The translations under genes and the position numbers were made by a program. From Minisyncoccia bacterium (lineage in GTDB: Bacteria > Patescibacteriota > Minisyncoccia > Moranbacterales > GCA-2747515): a DNA stretch of 64,000 nt. Below, piece by piece: positions 49,091-56,237 of this stretch. Below the pieces are notes generated by a model that saw nothing but the letters and a program-made list of their open reading frames with translations, ran no database searches and was not told the DNA's origin. The DNA is taken from the NCBI GenBank assembly GCA_041738235.1, contig JBGSQF010000006.1, positions 18,261-82,260 on the forward strand, in the 5' to 3' direction. Each line of letters opens with the position of its first letter. The stretch's first letter is position 1.

Positions 49091-49222
49091 CTATTTCTTT
49101 CGCTTTGCGACTTTTCGTTTTGCTGTCTTCTTCACAGCCTTCTTTGCTGTCTTCTTCACAGCCTTCTTTACGGCCTTCTTAGCTGGCTTTCGCACAGCCT
49201 TTTTCTTTTTTGCAACTGCCAT
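49091..49222 (-). CDS. 43-aa Lys/Ala-rich basic protein (histone-H1/Hc1-like tail; absent from the ORF track)
   Basis: Translation MAVAKKKKAVRKPAKKAVKKAVKKTAKKAVKKTAKRKVAKRKK. Strong RBS AAAGGAGGTGA 8 nt upstream of the ATG, and a terminator immediately downstream. Confidence 0.55.
   Translation of the reverse strand: MAVAKKKKAVRKPAKKAVKKAVKKTAKKAVKKTAKRKVAKRKK
49121..49168. repeat. Perfect 2 x 24-bp tandem repeat (plus degenerate third copy to about 49180) inside the Lys-rich gene
   Basis: tgctgtcttcttcacagccttctt repeated head-to-tail; each copy encodes KKAVKKTA. Confidence 0.6.
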
Positions 49223-49561
49223 AGAGGTCACCTCCTTTCAATTTTATTTTCCTTTTTTTTATTTTCTTGAAACACATCTTTATATACATATATTATACAA
49301 ACAAATATTTTTTTATACAAGTACAAATACAAAAAAATAAATGTGCATAACTTTTTAATACAAAAAAATATTTTCTTGTTGACTTTAATACAAATCCCCA
49401 CCGTTATTATTTCCATTCATACATTTAAACTTTTTCGTCATGGGATAGTAAGTTAATTTTTATCTCACCTCTGCTCCAGCACTACTCTACACAAACACCT
49501 TTTTTATAGTTGCAATTTATTGTTTAAAAAAACAAAAGTTCTATACTCATTTTTATTCAAT

Positions 49562-49590
49562 TTGACTGTATCAGAAAAATCCTTTATCCT
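49562..49590 (+). promoter_or_regulatory. Candidate promoter TTGACT-17-TATCCT for the 49692 gene
   Basis: Hexamers at 49562-49567 and 49585-49590 inside a 470-nt AT-rich gap; AGAGAGG RBS before the ATG. Confidence 0.3.
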
Positions 49591-49691
49591 AAAAGGAAAT
49601 CGGTCGATATTCTTGTTCGCAACGACGAAATCAAGGATTATGCAGTATTATCCGACAGGACAGTTATTCTAGAAAGAGAGGTGACAACAAA

Positions 49692-50330
49692 ATGGAAGAA
49701 GCCCCAAAAGAAACGCAAGAAGAAGAAAAGATAGGATCGGTTCGCCACTGGGTCGAGGAAAACCTTCGCCTTATTGTTAGCGTGGTGATCGTTATCGCTC
49801 TCGGAGCAACGATCTATTCCTATTCCCAAAGAACAAAAGAATCCACGGTTGTATTTGAGAATGGAAACAACACTCAAGAGCAAGTACTCGTCGACAACAC
49901 TGGGGAAAAGACGACAGACTCCCAACAAGTCGTTGATACCGCAGGATCTGATCAACAGAACAATGAGCAGCCCGCAGTGGAAACAACTCCGGCCAAACCA
50001 GAGGTCACTTCGACAGAAACGAGCAAAGAAACTTCTGACGCTTTTATCGCTATTGCTCAAAAAGGAGATGGGCTCACTCACCTCGCACGAAAAGCTCTGG
50101 CAGATTATCTCGCCAAGAACCCCGATTCACAACTGACCGTAGCTCATAAGATCTACATTGAAGACGCCCTCAGAAAGGCCGTTGGTCATAAGGGAGGTGT
50201 CCATGTAGGCACAGAAGTATCGTTCTCGAAAGACCTTATTCAGAAGACCATTGAGCAAGCCAAAAACCTTAACGAACGTCAACTCCAGAACTTACAGAAA
50301 TACGTTCCGCTTGTGCCTTCACTCTCCTGA
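49692..50330 (+). CDS. Membrane-anchored acidic protein, unknown function
   Basis: 212 aa; TM LIVSVVIVIALGATIY; Glu/Thr/Gln-rich low-complexity segment; C-terminal globular part. Confidence 0.45.
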   Translation: MEEAPKETQEEEKIGSVRHWVEENLRLIVSVVIVIALGATIYSYSQRTKESTVVFENGNNTQEQVLVDNTGEKTTDSQQVVDTAGSDQQNNEQPAVETTPAKPEVTSTETSKETSDAFIAIAQKGDGLTHLARKALADYLAKNPDSQLTVAHKIYIEDALRKAVGHKGGVHVGTEVSFSKDLIQKTIEQAKNLNERQLQNLQKYVPLVPSLS

Positions 50331-50357
50331 AAATAAAACTATTTGTTCTTTAGTAAA

Positions 50358-50385
50358 CAAAACCCCGCAACGGCGGGGTTTTGTT
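50358..50385. terminator. Intrinsic terminator
   Basis: aaaa-CCCCGC-aacg-GCGGGG-ttttg. Confidence 0.55.
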
Positions 50386-50413
50386 ATGAAACTAAACTCC
50401 CTCTGTATAATTT

Positions 50414-51421
50414 TCATGATCTATTTCTACTGTTCATAAATAAAAAGAAGCTCAATACCAGCATAACAATAGTGATCACCTTCCCAACCGTATCAGACAA
50501 AAACGTAGAAAGAGCACAAATACTCACAAATCCCAAGATAAAGAAACTTACACTCCTCTCGCTCCATCCCCTCGCCAAGAGAATATGATGCAAGTGTCTC
50601 TTGTCAGGACTCACCCATGACACGCCTGCCTGGTTCCTTTTCCACACCACCCAGAGGGCATCAAGTACAGGAAGTCCCAATACAAGAAAAGCAGTTGCTA
50701 TCTTTGCCCCAGCAAATATGGATAAATAGGCAATAGCAAATCCAGCAACAAAAACACCAGCAGTCCCGGTAAATATCTTTGCGGGATACATATTAAAAAA
50801 GAATAGACCGAGATACGACCCTAAAAAGGCTAATGAAATTATAGCTACGGGAGGTTGAAAAACCTCCGTACGAAGACTCAGCATAAAGAAAGCAAGGGCC
50901 ACTATCACCACTATGCCAGGCGCAACCCCGTCCACCCCATCACTCCAGTTGAGCGCATTCATAAGAAGTAAAAACCACACCCCCGCAAGCATGCTCCCAA
51001 AAAATACCCCCCATGCTCCCCAAAAAATAATGCGATCCCCGAACGGGTTTGGGATATTTAGGATAGAAATTCCAAAAACAAAGATAACGACCAAAACGAT
51101 CATAGTCTGTGTAAATAACTGCGTTTTCCATCCGACTGGCTTAACATCATCCAAAATTCCTAAGAGTAACATCCCCAAACAGCCAAAGATAAGCCCCCAT
51201 ATATCTTTTGTGATTTGTAAAGATGGGTCAAAAAAGAGCGTTGCAATAAACACCACAACAACAACCCACCCTCCCCACCGAGAAATATCACTCGACTCCC
51301 TCCCTAATTCCTGCCTTGTTCTCTTAAAAAAAGAAAAATATTTTTCCAGACTAGTAAATATCCCAAGTCCAGCTACGCTCAAAACGAGAGAAAAAACAAG
51401 TGGAAAGATATAGAGAGACAT
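50414..51421 (-). CDS. MraY/WecA-family polyprenyl-phosphate N-acetylhexosamine-1-phosphate transferase (glycosyltransferase family 4)
   Basis: 10-11 TM helices; LGILDDVKP and NALNWSDGVDGVAPG motifs (the NxxNxxDGxDGL signature). Confidence 0.75.
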   Translation of the reverse strand: MSLYIFPLVFSLVLSVAGLGIFTSLEKYFSFFKRTRQELGRESSDISRWGGWVVVVVFIATLFFDPSLQITKDIWGLIFGCLGMLLLGILDDVKPVGWKTQLFTQTMIVLVVIFVFGISILNIPNPFGDRIIFWGAWGVFFGSMLAGVWFLLLMNALNWSDGVDGVAPGIVVIVALAFFMLSLRTEVFQPPVAIISLAFLGSYLGLFFFNMYPAKIFTGTAGVFVAGFAIAYLSIFAGAKIATAFLVLGLPVLDALWVVWKRNQAGVSWVSPDKRHLHHILLARGWSERSVSFFILGFVSICALSTFLSDTVGKVITIVMLVLSFFLFMNSRNRS

Positions 51422-51505
51422 ATAGCAACAGTGTGGTTTTCAATACCGTAACTCCTCAGAGCCGAATCATTTTCCTATTTACCAAACACTCATGAAAACA
51501 ATTTC

Positions 51506-51880
51506 CTACCTATTCCCCAAGATAACACTCACCAAAGCAATAAGTGCTGCAATTTGGACCATTCCCCCACAAAGAACCATAAGATGTGCCATAATACGAT
51601 CTTTTTCTCGAAAGAATCTCCAGGCCAAGATCATCTGCATTACAAGAAATATAAATGCAGCCACAGGAATCTCATAAGGAGAATACCAGGGACTTATTGA
51701 GGTTGGATCGACACCCAAATAAACATTAAAACGAAGCGCCACCGGCACGCCTTCTTTATGAAAGAACCAAGTACATCCAGCCCATAAAATAATATGCAAC
51801 AGAAAAGCAAATGCAAACAACCACTGTATAACATGGTTTCTAAAAAATTCTTTTCTGATCGAAGAATATTTAGAAGGCAT
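51506..51880 (-). CDS. Small polytopic membrane protein (unknown)
   Basis: 124 aa, 3-4 TM helices. Confidence 0.35.
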   Translation of the reverse strand: MPSKYSSIRKEFFRNHVIQWLFAFAFLLHIILWAGCTWFFHKEGVPVALRFNVYLGVDPTSISPWYSPYEIPVAAFIFLVMQMILAWRFFREKDRIMAHLMVLCGGMVQIAALIALVSVILGNR

Positions 51881-51924
51881 ACAAATTGAAGATCTTGGAA
51901 ATTTCGATCCAGTCAGATAAAAAC

Positions 51925-53160
51925 TTACACCTCGATCAAAGGAAGGACATTTTCTTCCTTTGCCTCAGGTAACTCCTGAACCCTTCCTAATCTTTTCTCT
52001 ATGGTCCGACTCTTGCGAGATGCCGTTTCGATAGTATTACTTGCTTCTTGAAGTTTTTTATGTGTTTTGTCCAATAGATCACCAAATGTGATAAACTCTT
52101 TTTTAATAGATCCTAACACCTCCCACACCTCACTTGATCGCTTCGTAATAGCCAAAGTGCGAAATCCCATTTGTAAACTATTAAGGATCGCGGCTATGGT
52201 CGTGGGCCCCGTAATGATCACACGGTACTCTCGTCGCAAAATATCCGAAAGTCCGGGACGACGAAGCACCTCCGCATACAATCCTTCATTCGGCAAAAAC
52301 AAGATCCCAAAATCCGTTGTATAGGGAGGATCGAGATATTTATGCATAATATCCTTTGCCTCAGATTTTATGCGAACCTCAAGTGCTTTGGAAAAACGAT
52401 CAATTGCCTCCACATCACCTTTTTCCGAAGCATCAATAAGCCCCTGATAATCTTCCAGGGGAAATTTCGCATCGATAGGCAAGAGTATGGTTTGTATTTT
52501 TTCGTCCTTGGCCGGGATTCGAATGGCAAATTCTACACGATCATTCGACCCCTTCTTTACTGCAACATTTTTGACGTATTGTTCAGGAGTTAGGATATCA
52601 TCCAGAAGGGTTCCCAGTTGCACCTCACCCCATGTGCCACGCGTCTTTACATTTTGCAGTACTTTTTTCAGATCCCCCACGCCAGTAGCAAGCGTCTGCA
52701 TCTCCCCCAAGCCTCTATGCACCAACTCCAAACGCTCATCTACACGCTTAAATGACTCTCCGAGTCGTTTTTCAAGTGTAGCATGAAGTTTTTCGTCCAC
52801 CGTCTCACGCATCTTCTCCAATTTTTCACTATTATCCCTCTGAATATTTTCCAGGCGTTGCTCCACCGACTTCCGCACCTCATTCATCTTCGCTTCATTG
52901 CGATCGATAAGATCACCCAGAACACGAGAAACATATTCCAACCTATCCGTTATCTCCTTTCTCATTCGATCGTTGACCTCCGAAGATTCTCGACGGTTAA
53001 TAGATATCTCTTGTCGTACCGATTGTTCTATCCTCCCCTCTAATTTCTCAACCCTCTCAAGAATAGGTCGAACTGTTCCTTCTCCCCTACTGGAACGAAG
53101 TACAAAGAAAAGTGTCAAACCCACTATTACGATAATACCAAGCAACAAAAAGATTTCCAC
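51925..53160 (-). CDS. rmuC: DNA recombination protein RmuC
   Basis: N-terminal TM, long coiled coil, C-terminal RmuC nuclease-like domain (TGPTTIAAILNSLQMGFRTLAI). Confidence 0.8.
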   Translation of the reverse strand: MEIFLLLGIIVIVGLTLFFVLRSSRGEGTVRPILERVEKLEGRIEQSVRQEISINRRESSEVNDRMRKEITDRLEYVSRVLGDLIDRNEAKMNEVRKSVEQRLENIQRDNSEKLEKMRETVDEKLHATLEKRLGESFKRVDERLELVHRGLGEMQTLATGVGDLKKVLQNVKTRGTWGEVQLGTLLDDILTPEQYVKNVAVKKGSNDRVEFAIRIPAKDEKIQTILLPIDAKFPLEDYQGLIDASEKGDVEAIDRFSKALEVRIKSEAKDIMHKYLDPPYTTDFGILFLPNEGLYAEVLRRPGLSDILRREYRVIITGPTTIAAILNSLQMGFRTLAITKRSSEVWEVLGSIKKEFITFGDLLDKTHKKLQEASNTIETASRKSRTIEKRLGRVQELPEAKEENVLPLIEV

Positions 53161-53170
53161 AAATATTTTT

Positions 53171-53773
53171 TTATTTCTTTAGAATGGATATGAAACGTTT
53201 CAAATTGGGAATTCGATTTACCAACTCTTCGTTCGGTCCTTCAAAAAAATCAGTCAGAAATCGATCCGTAAGCTCCAAGCGGTACCGAAACTCTTCAGCA
53301 TCCAAAAGCATATAGCGAATCTCTCTCCCCACCTCCGCTTCTACCTGAGCGATGATCTGTGCTAACTTCGTGCGTTGAATATTATTGACCACCAGAAGCA
53401 TATCGATCTTCCCCTTGGCATAATCGAGAAATATTCCACTCAAAAGCACAAGCTTGACATCTCCTATTTGACGGATCTTCTTCAAGCCCTCACACTGGGG
53501 ATGCCGGTTGGTTGCGGCAATAAGTGTATGGAGCTCCGGATAGTAAGGAAAGGCCTTATTAAGAACATAAAACTTTTGTTTCTTTATTGACCGCTCCACT
53601 ATCAATTTCATCTTTACAAGTACTCGCAGGGCTTTCCGTGATTCATTCTTCCTGATCTTGTTCTTGGAGATCACCTCATCAAAAGAAAAAAGCGTCTCTT
53701 TATTGAGTATAAAGAAACGAATAAGACGAGCTTTTTCTTTTGTACCAAAGAGAAGTTCGAGAGTATCGGTCAT
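53171..53773 (-). CDS. Hypothetical protein (possible wHTH-containing), unknown function
   Basis: ORF of 221 aa; start set at MTDTLELLF (53773) because a terminator hairpin occupies 53838-53859. Confidence 0.4.
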   Translation of the reverse strand: MTDTLELLFGTKEKARLIRFFILNKETLFSFDEVISKNKIRKNESRKALRVLVKMKLIVERSIKKQKFYVLNKAFPYYPELHTLIAATNRHPQCEGLKKIRQIGDVKLVLLSGIFLDYAKGKIDMLLVVNNIQRTKLAQIIAQVEAEVGREIRYMLLDAEEFRYRLELTDRFLTDFFEGPNEELVNRIPNLKRFISILKK

Positions 53774-53837
53774 AGAGCTCTGTATATTAGAAGATAAATA
53801 CCCATTCAGTATAAGCGAATCTGGTAAAAAAAGCAAA

Positions 53838-53859
53838 AAGCGGGGAAACCCGCTTTTTG
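53838..53859. terminator. Intrinsic terminator downstream of the Cys-rich secreted-protein gene
   Basis: aaaa-AGCGGG-gaaa-CCCGCT-ttttt. Confidence 0.5.
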
Positions 53860-53947
53860 ACCAAATGCTTCTTATTTCTGAAGATCCACGTCAAAGTACA
53901 TATGGAGATACTTTGCCTCTATGGGCATGGTGTGCGAAGACCACCGT

Positions 53948-54553
53948 TTAATCAAAGCATGTACAGCCTGTATCAGTTGTGGTCATACCATTTAGGAGTC
54001 CCGCCGCATAGCCAGCGTTCCTACAATATCTATTGCAGGAGGTTCCACACGCCACAAGCTCTCCCGCTGAGCCAAGCCCACTTATCCCAGTGCCACGTAC
54101 ATCACACGGAGAATTAAGAGAATACATAGTATTATTTGACACCAACACAGAATACGATTTTCGTGGCATGGATGCAGTGGTCGCAAATGGAGGAGTTGCA
54201 CAGTTCAAACCATTCTTATCACAATATGCTGATGCGCCCACATTTCCCTCAACATCGACTTTTAGCGTACCGTCTGGGGTTGAATCCCCAATTCCCACCT
54301 TTCCATTTGCCACAATAAGCCCATTTGCCGCCACAGGAATACCATTAAGACCAGTGTTAAGGATAAGGTTCCCATCCTTGATCTGTCCTGCTCCCGTAGT
54401 AATAGGTCCGGAAACAGTGGCAGTTGTGGGATCACCCGCGGGTGCTGGTGTCCATGCTGCCTGAGCAAATTGAAGACCGACGCCCAGAGCCGCCCCTAAT
54501 ACAACAACCTTAGACCAGTAACCAACTTCTTTAAAAACACTTTTACTCTGCAT
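53948..54553 (-). CDS. Secreted Gly-rich / C-terminal 8-Cys protein (bacteriocin- or adhesin-like), unknown
   Basis: Signal peptide VVVLGAALGVGLQFAQA; Gly/Asn-rich beta-strand-like middle region; 8 Cys in the last 75 aa. Confidence 0.5.
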   Translation of the reverse strand: MQSKSVFKEVGYWSKVVVLGAALGVGLQFAQAAWTPAPAGDPTTATVSGPITTGAGQIKDGNLILNTGLNGIPVAANGLIVANGKVGIGDSTPDGTLKVDVEGNVGASAYCDKNGLNCATPPFATTASMPRKSYSVLVSNNTMYSLNSPCDVRGTGISGLGSAGELVACGTSCNRYCRNAGYAAGLLNGMTTTDTGCTCFD

Positions 54554-54602
54554 AAGGATTATATTACAACTTATGTGTTAATTTTTTAATCTCAAACTAT
54601 TT

Positions 54603-54995
54603 TTATTGTCTCAAGGCCTTTTCTAACTCATCCTGAGAATAATTTGTTACCTCTTCTTCAGGAGCGAGAACGGTGAGTACTTCTCTCAACTGTTTCTGCT
54701 CAACCGTCGGGTCAATCTTGACCTGGGGGGAATCCCCTTCTTGATCTCTAGATTCAACGGATTCGGCAGATTTGTCCAATGCCAATTGCAATTCTTCTTG
54801 AGTATATACAACTGGTTTTACGTCATCAGTATGCTTTAAAGAGGGCGCCTCTACTCCAACTCCCTTTGTAAAGACATCCACAGCGATCAGTACCACAAAG
54901 ATCATTATGACACCAAGTACTACAAGAAGGATCTTAATTGAAGAATTTTTTTGATCAGGCATAGTGTTTATTTTAAAATTTTGTAACGTCTTCAC
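54603..54995 (-). CDS. Membrane-anchored acidic protein (unknown)
   Basis: TM ILLVVLGVIMIFVVLIAV, then a Glu/Asp/Gln-rich tail. Confidence 0.4.
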   Translation of the reverse strand: MKTLQNFKINTMPDQKNSSIKILLVVLGVIMIFVVLIAVDVFTKGVGVEAPSLKHTDDVKPVVYTQEELQLALDKSAESVESRDQEGDSPQVKIDPTVEQKQLREVLTVLAPEEEVTNYSQDELEKALRQ

Positions 54996-55038
54996 AGTAT
55001 CACAAACAAATAACGCATGTTTTCAGTAAGATCCCCTT

Positions 55039-55958
55039 TTAAGGAGCTACTTCCCTAAATCCTGCAGGATTGCATACTTTTGTTCCGGGTGAAGCAGGAC
55101 TACAACCGTTGTTACATGTAGATCCGATACATGTCGATGACTCGCATCCATTTGGGAGGCACGGGTCAGATACAGTGACAGTGACTGAATAAGAGTTTAC
55201 CCCTTTTTGAGCTGTTACTGTTTCCGTTCCGACAGCCAGGGCTTCTATTCTTTTTTTAGAACTGTCATCGATAAAATGCGCGAAATCCTTTCCTGATTCA
55301 TCACTCCATGTTGTGGTTGCAGTAACGTCCGTAGATCCGTCACAGGCCACGATCGGCAAAGATGTTCTACTGCTCAACGTAAGACTTATCGCTGAAGGAA
55401 CAGGGGATCCTGTACTACAATCATCAAATTTTAAAGTTAGGGTCGGCGCCGGGGCAGGTTTTCCGGAAAATTGGATGAATCCAAGCTCATCACTCCATGC
55501 GTATCCTTGAAGCTCCTGAGTACTTGGATCGATCGTCACGCCGTTCAGCTGTACAAAACCACTCCACCCACCAGAATTTCCAACAGCTTCCTCATTTTTA
55601 ATAGAGAGAATTCGAGCCCATCCTTGCAAGGTGTTCCCAACCCTTTTTGAATAGCACGTTCCCGATACTGGACAACCCACGACATCTGCATCTTCAAAAC
55701 TTACCCATCCGTATCCATGACCACCCCAAGCATGTCCAGTAACATCTCCATCGGTTTCTGGCATAACAACCTGAGTCGCATCAAAGGCACCGGAACCCTG
55801 ATAAATGCTCGGTGTCAAACCGTCATTGGTCCCCCCCCAAAAAATATGCTATACCTCCTCCCACACCATCAAGAGCATTCGTTATTCCTGCGACAAATAC
55901 CATCCCTAAAAATGCAAGAGCAAATATGGGAAGCGTGAAGAGAAGTTTTGTTTTCATA
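55039..55958 (-). pseudogene. Secreted Cys-rich protein gene interrupted by a frameshift at a poly-C(8) tract (55831-55838)
   Basis: An ATG at 55958 encodes a signal peptide MKTKLLFTLPIFALAFLGMVFVAGITNA...; the reading frame breaks in the C8 run; the downstream ORF 55039-55818 carries AWxxxGWxxF-type repeats and a Cys-rich C-terminus. Nine Cs would restore one 306-aa ORF. Confidence 0.45.
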
Positions 55959-56180
55959 TTGTTTTTTAGAAAAGTTGAATTTCTTTATTAAAAATAATAT
56001 CATATCAGACAAAAAACCACAACAAAAGTGTACCGACCTGCATTCCATACCAAAGCCCTCCCACTAAGAGTTATACGATATTAAAGAAGCACTTCACTCG
56101 CGTGAAGAATAAAACAACAAGAACCGAGGATCTTTCACTTTAAAAATAAGTTACCCCATATGTGATTTCCTTCGAAATTG

Positions 56181-56189
56181 TGGTACAAT
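56181..56189 (+). promoter_or_regulatory. Extended -10 promoter element TGgTACAAT
   Basis: 49 nt upstream of the 56238 start codon. Confidence 0.4.
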
Positions 56190-56192
56190 TAA

Positions 56193-56215
56193 CTTATTCT
56201 TCTAGGAAGAATAAG
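56193..56215. promoter_or_regulatory. Perfect 10-bp inverted repeat CTTATTCTTC-tag-GAAGAATAAG at the predicted transcription start (candidate operator or 5-prime hairpin)
   Basis: The palindrome lies between the -10 element and the start codon. Confidence 0.4.
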
Positions 56216-56237
56216 CATTTGAATTTTCACTAGCTGT

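Noticed and set aside
49121-49180. Possible CRISPR-like or minisatellite array
   Set aside because: There are only two or three contiguous 24-bp units with no spacers, and they lie inside a coding sequence. No CRISPR repeats occur anywhere in the window.
49068-49340. Plus-strand ORFs (90 and 65 aa) full of Phe/Leu/Cys
   Set aside because: They are the mirror strand of the Lys-rich minus-strand gene. The minus-strand gene has an RBS and a terminator; these do not.
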